Assembly (NCBI GenBank): GCA_965215885.1
Contig: CBDCEW010000071.1
Coordinates: forward strand, 1-44,979
Source of the DNA: Candidatus Moanibacter sp.
GTDB lineage: Bacteria > Verrucomicrobiota > Verrucomicrobiia > Opitutales > UBA2987
Length of the DNA stretch: 44,979 bases
Direction of reading: 5' to 3'
Shown here: in pieces, positions 22,115 through 30,804 of the stretch
How positions within the stretch are numbered: the first letter of the stretch is position 1
Layout: each line of letters opens with the position of its first letter
The notes under the pieces: generated by a model
What the model saw: only the letters and a program-made list of their open reading frames with translations
Database searches by the model: none
Told to the model about the DNA's origin: nothing
Program-made: the position numbers and the translations under genes

Positions 22115-23482
22115 GTGCGGACCGGCTCTACAATAAATAGATTGAGATTCGAACCGGACTTTCCCTTCAATCCCGCCCGATGGCCTTTCTTCTACGGTTG
22201 GTGGGTGGTCGTGCTGGGCACAGGTATCATGCTCTCGGCAGCGCCGAGTATGCCGGTTGCCTTAGGGGTCTACATTGAGGCGCTTTCGGTGGCTCTCGGA
22301 CTCACCCGCGTGGAGATCAGCGGCGTCTACACGGTGTCGATGATCCTTTCGGGATTCCTGCTGCCGTGGGTCGGACGCGTACTCGATCGATGCGGGGCCC
22401 GGATCGTGTTGACAGGCTCGTCGATTCTCTTCGGATGCACCTTCCTCTATCTCGCGCACTGCGAATATGCCATTAACTGGCTGACATCCGGCGTAGGCCG
22501 GGCCCATCGAGTTCCGGTCGCGATGGGTGTGCTCTTCTTCGGATTTTTCGGTCTGCGCTTATTTGGTCACGGCGTCATGGGAATCTCCTCCCGTACCATG
22601 ATCATGAGGTGGTTCAATCGGAGGCGAGGTTTTGCAAACGCTGTTCACTGGGTAATTCTTTCATTGCTTTGGCCCTTTATCCCTCTTCTTCTGAACGTTC
22701 TTAATGAGCAGTTTACCTGGAGCAGAGCGTGGGTAGCGATCGGTCTGTATTCGGGGATCGCGGTCAGTCTCGCATCCTGGCTTTTCGTTCGCGACCATCC
22801 TGAGGAATGCGGATTGCAAATGGACGGACCCTCTCGGGTCGATCCCAAACCGTCACTCACTTTAGAGGAATTCGCTACTCACCACGAATTCACTCTCAGA
22901 GAAGCGATGCGCACGCTCGCGTTCTGGGTCGTGCTACTCGGCATTATGAACAACATGGTGTTCTTCGCCGCCATGACATTTAACCTCGCATCGTTCGGAA
23001 TGGAAATGGGGCTCTCAAGAAATCAGGCAATGGGCATATTTATCCCAATGTCCATATTGACGATTATAACAACCTTTGTGACGGGATGGCTGAGCAATCG
23101 AATCGAACTGAAGTATCTGTTCGCTCTCTTCCTCGCCAACCAATTGGCTTCAATGGGAGCATTTCTCTTAAGCGATTCGATCGGAGCGTGGGCGTTCATC
23201 GTTCTGTTTGGAATCAATGGCGGTTTCTTTGGCACTCTTTTCAACATCACCTGGCCCCGCTACTTCGGACGTAAACATCTCGGAGCGATCAACGGACTCT
23301 CAATGTCCGTTTACACGATCACCAGTGCCTTTGGTCCTCTGCTCTTCAGCTATTGCTACCAATATACGGATAGTTTCGGTGTTGGAGTAGTCACCTGCAT
23401 GGCGCTTCCCGCCACTCTTTTTTCGGTCGTCTTTAGAGCCGATAATCCACAGCGAAGATTCCAGCCCGACAATTCGAAATAA
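22115..23482 (+). CDS. MFS transporter
   Basis: About 12 TM segments; PFFYGWWVV, GRVLDRCGAR (motif A), WFNRRRG, YFGRKHLGAI. Confidence 0.9.
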   Translation: MRTGSTINRLRFEPDFPFNPARWPFFYGWWVVVLGTGIMLSAAPSMPVALGVYIEALSVALGLTRVEISGVYTVSMILSGFLLPWVGRVLDRCGARIVLTGSSILFGCTFLYLAHCEYAINWLTSGVGRAHRVPVAMGVLFFGFFGLRLFGHGVMGISSRTMIMRWFNRRRGFANAVHWVILSLLWPFIPLLLNVLNEQFTWSRAWVAIGLYSGIAVSLASWLFVRDHPEECGLQMDGPSRVDPKPSLTLEEFATHHEFTLREAMRTLAFWVVLLGIMNNMVFFAAMTFNLASFGMEMGLSRNQAMGIFIPMSILTIITTFVTGWLSNRIELKYLFALFLANQLASMGAFLLSDSIGAWAFIVLFGINGGFFGTLFNITWPRYFGRKHLGAINGLSMSVYTITSAFGPLLFSYCYQYTDSFGVGVVTCMALPATLFSVVFRADNPQRRFQPDNSK

Positions 23483-23726
23483 AATACCCAGGCCGCAACC
23501 GATGAGTTCAGGGTGGAAGAGTGCCAGAGTGACCAGTGTTCAGTATCCAGCAACCAGCCCCACAGTCCCTGGAAGTAAAAGCGCCCATTTCCGCAGCCGG
23601 ACGACTTAGTCGTTCGCGCGATCCCGAACTCCAGTCGATCTTCTCTTCATTCGATTTCAGATCACTATTATGATCACGACGGAAAATCAGACTGCTTAGG
23701 CAAGTCTTATCGTGACTCTCAATCGT

Positions 23727-24521
23727 TTACATCGATGTCTCCTCCTCCTGAATCAACCGATACAGCTCCTCAATCTGGCGAGCGAAGCTCTCCGCATAGC
23801 TCCCCACCCATTCACGTCCCTTTTCCGGAGTGGCGGCAGCCGCATCACCGACGATTCCGGTCTTGGAAACATCCTGCGTTACCCAGGCAAAGGTGGCCGG
23901 AGCATCTTCCGGGCGAAGCTCACCCGGATCTTCTACATGGGCGGGATATTCACAGATCGCCTGGGACATATCGACCAACCCCTCAGTAGCTTCCAGCATG
24001 CAGGATGTTTCCATTTCGTTGGCGTGAAAGCCATAGATATCCTCCTGTTCTGAAAGAGGCGGCTCCCAGCCCAGTGGAACTATGAACGTCCGCATTCCGT
24101 ACTCGCTCTGAATTTCCCTCAATGTATATCGCAGTACTGAAATGTTTCCTCCATGGGTGTTGAGTATCGCTAAATTGCTGAAGCCCCATGCACGAAGTTG
24201 TTGCGCAATCGCTCGTAAAAGGCGTCCCAACGTCTGCGCTGAAATGAAGAGCGTGCCTGGAAACCCACAATGTTCATCGCTCTTTCCGATCGTAATGGCC
24301 GGTGCCACATAAACAGCGACTTCATTCGAAACCTGGGGTAGAGCGAGATTGAGCCAGTTCTGGCCCAGAATCGCATCGACGCCCACCGGAAGATGGGGCC
24401 CATGCTGCTCGATCGCTCCGGTCGTCACGATTACCACAGCCCTTTCCTTTTCCGGAATCCCGCTGATCTCTTCCGGCGTCATTGCCGGAAGATAGAATTC
24501 TCGATAGCGGGGAAGAATCAT
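23727..24521 (-). CDS. Creatininase-family amidohydrolase, catalytic motifs intact
   Basis: GAIEQHGPHLPVGVD, SDEH, NTHGGN, HANEMETS, GIVGD; ATG at 24521 preferred. Confidence 0.92.
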   Translation of the reverse strand: MILPRYREFYLPAMTPEEISGIPEKERAVVIVTTGAIEQHGPHLPVGVDAILGQNWLNLALPQVSNEVAVYVAPAITIGKSDEHCGFPGTLFISAQTLGRLLRAIAQQLRAWGFSNLAILNTHGGNISVLRYTLREIQSEYGMRTFIVPLGWEPPLSEQEDIYGFHANEMETSCMLEATEGLVDMSQAICEYPAHVEDPGELRPEDAPATFAWVTQDVSKTGIVGDAAAATPEKGREWVGSYAESFARQIEELYRLIQEEETSM

Positions 24522-24540
24522 TGTGGATCTCGTTCTGTGA

Positions 24541-24614
24541 ACAGTGTTCAGTAGCCGGTAGTGAGTGGTCAGTAATCTATTCTGTCTGATTACTGGATAC
24601 TGAAGACTGATTAC
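24541..24614. repeat. Inverted pair of degenerate heptamer tandem arrays
   Basis: Minus strand TCAGTCT-TCAGTAT-CCAGTAA, then TTACTGA-CCACTCA-CTACCGG-CTACTGA-ACACTGT; core inverted repeat CAGTAATC/GATTACTG. Confidence 0.7.
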
Positions 24615-25377
24615 CCTTCTTATGTTCAATCCTCCCATCATCTGACAACGGTTTTCGCCTGTGTATCTCTTTCAATAACCGAGCCAGATGGTCACTCGAT
24701 TCGCTCAATATTCGAGGTCCCGCTCGATGCGCCTGTTCAATCGACAAGCTCTCATTTAGGGCCGGAGCGCTCATTGCATCGCCAGGAGTTAATCCATCGA
24801 CAGGAATAGTTTTGTTTGCGCTCGATTCGAGATTGGGCTCCTTATTCAATAGGTGAGTGCCCAGGGTTTGGAGCCTTTTGCGGGAGGTGCTGCGAATCGG
24901 ATGAAAGTCCAACCCGAGACCATAGAGATTTACGCTGAACATCTGCATACCGTACTTGATTCGCAAATCTCGAGCACAGGCTTTATTGATGAGCTCCTCG
25001 TTCCATGGACTGCTGTTATACAAAACAACCTTTCTGAATCCGGTGAGGTGGATGGATTCGGTAACTTCCTCGACAAACCTATAGGCCGTCTCCGGATCGA
25101 TACTGAAGGCGCAGTTGGCATAGGGGCCGAGAACAAATCGCAAAGGTGGAACGACCTGGATGGGAATCTTACTCTTGACCCCCTTGACCGCGCACTTCAA
25201 CACCGCCATGCTGACGATCTCCTCAATGTCCAATGGAAGTCCCAACCCCCAGTCGGCAAATCCGACAAAAGGTAGAATGACGACCGTCTCCTCCCTATCG
25301 GGCCTGCTGGCAAAAGAGGGCCACGTTTTGTGAGCCCAGAATGTATCCTTATCTACGTTGGCGATAAAGGTCATCAT
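24577..25377 (-). CDS. Creatininase-fold protein with degenerate metal ligands
   Basis: Collinear with its neighbour, but VGFADWGLGLPLDIE replaces GAIEQHGPHLPVGVD and GFRKVVLYNSSPWN replaces GFSNLAILNTHGGN. Confidence 0.75.
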   Translation of the reverse strand: MMTFIANVDKDTFWAHKTWPSFASRPDREETVVILPFVGFADWGLGLPLDIEEIVSMAVLKCAVKGVKSKIPIQVVPPLRFVLGPYANCAFSIDPETAYRFVEEVTESIHLTGFRKVVLYNSSPWNEELINKACARDLRIKYGMQMFSVNLYGLGLDFHPIRSTSRKRLQTLGTHLLNKEPNLESSANKTIPVDGLTPGDAMSAPALNESLSIEQAHRAGPRILSESSDHLARLLKEIHRRKPLSDDGRIEHKKGNQSSVSSNQTE

Positions 25378-25858
25378 CCTTCATGTTGAGAAAGATGAGG
25401 CAGATCCCCATAATGGCAAACATGCGAAATGCTGGATCTCCTCCGTCCCACAGTTCGGATTGCCACATCAAAAACCAATCGCTTCCCACCGTGATGAACG
25501 CTACATACCATAGAAGCAGACTCAAGGTAAGGCCACATATGGCGACCTTCTTGGCCCGGTTAAATAGCACCCCATCTGTCTTGAGCGCACCAACCAGATT
25601 GAGTGTCCCCCAAGCGCATAAGACGCATGACACAGTCTCCCAAAGTATGATCGCAATGTAAAATGCGGTGTGAACTGTCGGGGATGAGACCGCCCGCCAC
25701 ATCAGCTTATTCTCGGCGAAGGTCGTCTCCATACTCAGGACTCCTTCGACGAATTTGTAATTCGATCCATAGTCGAGGAGATTATTCAAGACGACTAGAA
25801 AAAGAAACAGCGTAGTCGCGGCCACCAATGACGTTTTGCAGATTCGAACAGCGATCAT
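25349..25858 (-). CDS. DUF2165 family small integral membrane protein
   Basis: NNLLDYGSNYKFVEGVLSMET..WRAV..WFLMWQS..W. Confidence 0.9.
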   Translation of the reverse strand: MIAVRICKTSLVAATTLFLFLVVLNNLLDYGSNYKFVEGVLSMETTFAENKLMWRAVSSPTVHTAFYIAIILWETVSCVLCAWGTLNLVGALKTDGVLFNRAKKVAICGLTLSLLLWYVAFITVGSDWFLMWQSELWDGGDPAFRMFAIMGICLIFLNMKDDDLYRQRR

Positions 25859-25991
25859 AATACCGGGAGGGATAGCAGTTCATTTTAGCCGTGCCAAGGC
25901 CCATAAAATGAAAACCTCCCGCAGTCCTTCCGTCCGGCAGGTACGTGTTTAGCTTCATTCTTTCGGTCGCTGGCTGCCCCGGTCCTGTGCC

Positions 25992-27365
25992 CATAAGCGC
26001 TAACTTGTTTGCTTGACATAGTGCATTTCCTGCTGTGGACTTCCGCAACAGGTTAGCAGAATTGAAGGGAGGTCGACCATGATGGATGAAGACTGGAGCG
26101 TGCTGATGTCTTTTTTCCCGCCGCAATGGAAAGAATTGGCTAAGAAGACCAACGCGTTGAAGGGATTGCGCCGGGACAAGGCACCTGGGAAGTTGCTGAG
26201 GATTCTGATGGTGCACCTGGCATGTGGGTATTCGCTGCGCGAAACCGTGGTGCGTGCGCGCCAGGCGCAGTTGGCGGAACTGTCAGACGTAGCGTTGCTG
26301 AAGCGGCTGCGCAAGTGCAAGGACTGGCTTTATTCGCTGTGCGTGGCATTGTTTCGCGAGCGTGGCCTGGATTTGGGGGCGGTGGGGCAACGGGAGTTTC
26401 GTCTGATCGATGCGACGATGGTGAAGGAACCCGGGAAGACGGGCAGCTTGTGGCGTGTGCACTATAGCTTGCGAGTTCCTTCGATGGCGTGCGATTTTTT
26501 CAAACTTACGCCAGCGCAAGGTGAAGGCACCGGCGAGTCGCTTAGACAGTTTCCGCTGGCAGCAGGTGACTACGTGATCGCCGATCGGGGATACTGCCAG
26601 GCTTCCGGGCTTCAATATGCAGCCTCCCAAGGGGCTTTTGTAAGTATACGGCTGGCACCGCACAACATACGGCTGCTCGATCCTCGGGGAGAGGTTCTGA
26701 ACCTGACCGCCTGCCTGGAGCAGATCGGGGCCGGTGGCAAGGTGGGCGCTTGGCCAGTCATGGTGCCCGCATCGGATCAGCCCCCGTTGCCAGCGCGGGT
26801 GTGTGCCATCCGCAAAAGCGAGCAAGCGATCGCCATGGCCCACAAGAGATTGCGGCGAATCGCCAGCAGGCGGGGCGAGAAGCTGATGCCCGAAACGCTC
26901 TATTACGCCGAATACGTCATGGTGCTGACGACTTTTCCTGAATCGCTCTTTTCCGCACTGGAGGTGCTCGAATGGTATCGTATCCGCTGGCAGGTGGAAC
27001 TGGTCTTCAAACGATTCAAACAGATCGCACAGTTAGGACATCTGCCTAAGTATGACGATGAAAGCGCCAAGGCGTGGCTCTATGGCAAGCTCTTCGCGGC
27101 CCTGATCACCGAGAAGATCATTCAAAGTGCGATCTCTATTTCCCCCTGGGGATATGTCCTGGAGCCGGAAAAAACAGCAGAGTCGATGGCGTGAGTTTGC
27201 CTTCGTCTTCCATCAACTCCAGCGGGCCGTCGATCCCGCTGTGCCTTTGCGACAAGTGATAGAAAATTGGAACGATATAGCTCAAGGCTTAGCAGAGTCT
27301 CCACGGCAACGCCGACCACAGTTAGAGGTCAGATTCCCAGGTCAGCAAACAAGTTAGCGCTTATG
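25992..27365 (+). mobile_element. IS4-family insertion sequence, 1374 bp
   Basis: Perfect 21-bp inverted repeats CATAAGCGCTAACTTGTTTGC (25992-26012 and 27345-27365). Flanks GGTCCTGTGCC and GGTCCTTGTGCC form an 11/12-bp target duplication with one indel. Confidence 0.95.
26079..27194 (+). CDS. IS4 family DDE transposase
   Basis: IDAT, ADRGY, YRIRWQVELVFKRFK (YREK signature). Confidence 0.95.
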   Translation: MMDEDWSVLMSFFPPQWKELAKKTNALKGLRRDKAPGKLLRILMVHLACGYSLRETVVRARQAQLAELSDVALLKRLRKCKDWLYSLCVALFRERGLDLGAVGQREFRLIDATMVKEPGKTGSLWRVHYSLRVPSMACDFFKLTPAQGEGTGESLRQFPLAAGDYVIADRGYCQASGLQYAASQGAFVSIRLAPHNIRLLDPRGEVLNLTACLEQIGAGGKVGAWPVMVPASDQPPLPARVCAIRKSEQAIAMAHKRLRRIASRRGEKLMPETLYYAEYVMVLTTFPESLFSALEVLEWYRIRWQVELVFKRFKQIAQLGHLPKYDDESAKAWLYGKLFAALITEKIIQSAISISPWGYVLEPEKTAESMA

Positions 27366-27592
27366 GGTCCTTGTGCCGGGGTGGCGCGCGTTCCTGGCTA
27401 CCTAGCGCGGAAATGGGCGTGGCAATCCAGCCTCCTGGCTGATCGGAAACCTGGATTGCTTCGTCATTCTTCCGCGTCCCGCTCGACGGGAACAAGTTTC
27501 GTATGCTGTGGCCAGTGAATGATTCATGATTTGCAATTCATCAGATGAAAGCCTGAAAGGCTCTCAGTGGGGAAATCTCACAAATTTCCGGA

Positions 27593-28171
27593 CTAGCCCA
27601 GCCGCCCGTTGTAGACGAGCCGATCGCTCTGGCCGAATGCGCGAAAGACCTCACAGGCCTCTTCCGTCATAATTCCGTCGATGACCTCGATACCTCGACT
27701 CTCCAACTCGGACTTCCAATTGGGATGAATCGGCCCCTCATCAAATCCTGTCAGCTCTTCCAATTCGCTTCCGCTCCCCGCAATCACAAGAGACCGTATG
27801 CCAGACCAGGGGACAGCGCCGAAACACATGGCACAGGGACGCCAGTTGACTACCATTTGATGAGCCGGTAATCCGGATCCTCCCAAGTCAAACACGCCCA
27901 AAGTACTCTGCGCAATAGATAACGCGACAATTTCGCCATGAGCCGATGAGCAGTTGGAGGGTACCACTCGATTAACTCCAATCGTAATCACGCGCCCGCT
28001 CTCCTTCTCAAAGATTCCGGCCGCAAAAGGTCCTCCGGTGTCGTGCTCGAAGTTCAAACGAGAGAATCGGATGACCTCAGCCATGCGATCTTTTAGCGAT
28101 GGAATACACTCGGGCAACCCGACCAATTCCTCAACCGCCCAATCCGGTAAAGCTATATCGAACCCTATCAT
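27593..28171 (-). CDS. CDA-superfamily deaminase, NE0047-type guanine deaminase-like
   Basis: GGPFAA..GVNRVV..CSSAHGE..PCAMCFGA..WSG..GFDEGP..VYNGR, closely resembling my recollection of Nitrosomonas NE0047; start at 28171 or 28198. Confidence 0.85.
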   Translation of the reverse strand: MIGFDIALPDWAVEELVGLPECIPSLKDRMAEVIRFSRLNFEHDTGGPFAAGIFEKESGRVITIGVNRVVPSNCSSAHGEIVALSIAQSTLGVFDLGGSGLPAHQMVVNWRPCAMCFGAVPWSGIRSLVIAGSGSELEELTGFDEGPIHPNWKSELESRGIEVIDGIMTEEACEVFRAFGQSDRLVYNGRLG

Positions 28172-28358
28172 CTTACCGCCATCCGCAGCCAATCGCACTC
28201 AGTCTCGAAATTCAAGCCCATTTCGCCAGTCTGGAAATCTCACACGATTTCCAGGCTAGAGAACAAAAAGGCACAGAAGATATTGAATCCAAGTATTTTG
28301 GTCTTGTTCTTAGTCATAAATATTACCACATCGATTGTATGGAGACTTCGATCGCAAA

Positions 28359-28466
28359 TTGGACGACATAATCAATCAGACCGTGAACCGGGTATTGGAT
28401 GTGTTGGGTATCCACCTCGACGAGGAACTCTTCCGGCGCTGGCGAGGACCGGACTCTGCCGAATAG
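28359..28466 (+). pseudogene. ubiX: C-terminal remnant of UbiX flavin prenyltransferase
   Basis: Manual translation LDDIINQTVNRVLDVLGIHLDEELFRRWRGPDSAE*; not in the ORF track. Confidence 0.75.
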
Positions 28467-28522
28467 AGAGGGTGCGTTGCACAATTCACAATCTCACTGA
28501 AAACCGGAAGTCGCGTCATGGC

Positions 28523-28693
28523 ATCATTGAGAACCTATTTTGCAGCCGCCTCGATCCTTCTTCGGAAGAAGGCATGTCGGCAAAGCTCGGTATTGACGCG
28601 ACAGCTCCCATGGAGTGGGATGTGGAACGCACTTCCCTTCCGACAGAGGCCGTGGAAGCGGCTCTTTCCATTATTGCCCAATTCGAAAACTAG
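28523..28693 (+). pseudogene. C-terminal remnant of a UbiD-family decarboxylase
   Basis: IIENLFCSRLDPSS..SAKLGIDATAP (LDPS and GIDAT motifs); about 56 codons only. Confidence 0.75.
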
Positions 28694-28762
28694 CAGCCTG
28701 CCGAACTCACTCGAACTCTATTCATCAGGATGCTTGGAATTTTAAGTCCGACAGATTCCTAG
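28690..28762. mobile_element. Minimal MITE flanked by CTAG duplication
   Basis: CTAG-CAGCCTGCCGAACT...AAGTCCGACAGATTC-CTAG. Confidence 0.8.
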
Positions 28763-28796
28763 CAACTCAAAAAAAAAGCTTTTTCCGGAATCGCAA

Positions 28797-30116
28797 ATGT
28801 TAGTAAAATACTTCAAACTCGAAGAGCACGGCACCACCGTAAAGAAGGAGCTCCTCGCCGGAGTGACCACGTTTGCCGCGATGTCATACGTGCTGGTCGT
28901 AAATCCCGGAATTCTCGCCGCAGGGGGCATGCCGATTGAAGGACTGATTACCGTTACCGCCCTCGCTTCCGTGGCAGGCACACTCCTGATGGCGTTCTTG
29001 ACTAACTATCCCGTGGCGCTCGCTCCCGGTATGGGGCTCAATGCCTATTTCGCATTTACCGTCTGCATAAGTCGGGAAGTGCCCTGGAATGCCGCCCTCG
29101 GGATGGTTTTCTGGAACGGAGTGCTTTTCCTTCTGCTCTCAGTGACCGGAATCCGGACCAAAATCGCCGATACGATCCCAAAGTCTCTCAAGATTGGAGT
29201 GCAATGCGGGATAGGACTCTTCATCGCCTTCCTGGGTTTAAAGAGCGCCGGAATCATCGTTTCTCACCAGGCTACATTCGTGACGATCGGGGACCTCTCG
29301 CAACCCTCCTGCCTCCTCGTCCTTCTCGGTATCGTTCTGACAATTGTTCTGGTTATGAAACAGGTGCCCGGCGCAATTGTCATCTCCGTACTGGCTGTCA
29401 CTGTCATCGGACTTTTCGTTCCACAAGGTGACGGCTTTATTACATCGAAGCCCGAGGGAATATTTGGACCTCCTCAGAGCATGGCCAATACCTTCTTTGC
29501 TCTCGATTTCATGTATCCCATTCGTCACTTCGCAGAGTCCTGGGACATCATATTCGCGATGCTATTCGTAAACATGTTCGACACCATAGGAACACTTATC
29601 GGCGTATCCAGAAAAGCCGGGCTTCTTGACGAAAATGATCGCCTCCCCAAGATGGGCAACGCCCTTACGGCCGATGCGGGCGCCACTGTCATCGGGGCCT
29701 GTCTCGGAACGTCCACGGTTACTTCCTACGTAGAATCAGCCGCCGGAGTCTCGGCGGGCGGCCGCACCGGATTGACCGCTCTCACTGCTGCCGTCTGTTT
29801 CCTTTTCGCACTTTTTCTGACTCCCGTCCTGATCGTTATTCCCCTCATGGCTACGGCCCCCGCCCTCGTCATGGTTGGTATATTTATGATGGAAGCGATA
29901 CGAAACCTGGATTTTGACGACTTGAGGGAATTGGCCCCCGCCTTCGTCACCCTCCTCGTTATGCCCCTCTCCTTCAGCATAAGTGAAGGTATAGCCATGG
30001 GTTTTATCGTCTACGTCGGCGTTTCTCTCTCAACCGGCAAGTATCGAGAAATCTCTCCACTCACCTATATTCTGGCTTTCATATTTCTTCTCAGATACAT
30101 ACTCGATTTGAAGTGA
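28797..30116 (+). CDS. NCS2/AzgA family purine (guanine/hypoxanthine/adenine) permease
   Basis: AGVTTF.AMSY..VNP.IL, APGMGLNAYF, FDTIGTL, YVESAAG..GGRTGLTA. Confidence 0.95.
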   Translation: MLVKYFKLEEHGTTVKKELLAGVTTFAAMSYVLVVNPGILAAGGMPIEGLITVTALASVAGTLLMAFLTNYPVALAPGMGLNAYFAFTVCISREVPWNAALGMVFWNGVLFLLLSVTGIRTKIADTIPKSLKIGVQCGIGLFIAFLGLKSAGIIVSHQATFVTIGDLSQPSCLLVLLGIVLTIVLVMKQVPGAIVISVLAVTVIGLFVPQGDGFITSKPEGIFGPPQSMANTFFALDFMYPIRHFAESWDIIFAMLFVNMFDTIGTLIGVSRKAGLLDENDRLPKMGNALTADAGATVIGACLGTSTVTSYVESAAGVSAGGRTGLTALTAAVCFLFALFLTPVLIVIPLMATAPALVMVGIFMMEAIRNLDFDDLRELAPAFVTLLVMPLSFSISEGIAMGFIVYVGVSLSTGKYREISPLTYILAFIFLLRYILDLK

Positions 30117-30176
30117 AATTACTGCCTGCGCCGAATCTGTGGAACCTGAATTATTCCGGCAAAATGCGAGCACGTC

Positions 30177-30734
30177 ATGCACGTTACCTTGATCGCAGTC
30201 GCCTCCCTTGACGGCTTTATAACGCGCCACAAAATTTCAGGCACTCACTTTGCGTCGGAGGCTGACGGAGTGTACTTTCAGAAAGCGCTCAAAGGGTTCG
30301 ACTGCAGCATCTTCGGTGCAAACACCTACCGCCAATCACGGGATATCATCGTCAGTAATCCCACAGAGGATCGTCTACGAGTCGTTTTGACAAACAGTCC
30401 CGAAGTATACCTCCAGGAGGCTCGCAAGAACGCAATTGAATTTTCCAACTCTGCCCCAGAGACGCTCCTCAAAGAACTTGAATCTCGCGGTTATCGCCGA
30501 TGCGCTCTTCTCGGCGGGAGCCGGATTTACGCCCTTTTCACGGACCGAAACCTCATCGATGAATGGTGGATAACACTGGAACCAATAGTCTTCGGATCGG
30601 GATTGAGCTTATGCCCCGGAGAGTGGAACCTACCCCTCAAATTACGCTCTACTGAACGTATTGGAGACTCTACCCTCCTGCTCAAATACGAACGTGCAAA
30701 GGAATCTGTCGGTATGAACTTGACCGGAACGTAG
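30177..30734 (+). CDS. DHFR/RibD C-terminal-like reductase
   Basis: IAVASLDGFI, GANTY, LLGGS, LIDEWWITLEPIVFGSG. Confidence 0.88.
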   Translation: MHVTLIAVASLDGFITRHKISGTHFASEADGVYFQKALKGFDCSIFGANTYRQSRDIIVSNPTEDRLRVVLTNSPEVYLQEARKNAIEFSNSAPETLLKELESRGYRRCALLGGSRIYALFTDRNLIDEWWITLEPIVFGSGLSLCPGEWNLPLKLRSTERIGDSTLLLKYERAKESVGMNLTGT

Positions 30735-30798
30735 ATTGGTCAACTTGAAATCTAAACCTCAGTGATAATGCCAAACCCAAGTCTGACAGATTCCTAAG
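30698..30798. mobile_element. MITE of the CTGTCGGACTT TIR family overlapping the reductase 3' end
   Basis: AAAGGAATCTGTCGGT ... AAGTCTGACAGATTCCTAAG; left end identical to 21971-21986. Confidence 0.75.
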
Positions 30799-30804
30799 GT
30801 CGTA

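Noticed and set aside
25925..25945. Guanidine-II/III riboswitch (CCGGACGG on the minus strand)
   Set aside because: No paired ACGR-capped hairpins or pseudoknot complement
27571..28259. Integron attC sites
   Set aside because: No RYYYAAC/GTTRRRY boxes and no integrase in the window
19115..30796. GTCCGACAGATTCCTAG repeats as a CRISPR array
   Set aside because: Dispersed, paired in inverted orientation, irregular spacing, no cas genes
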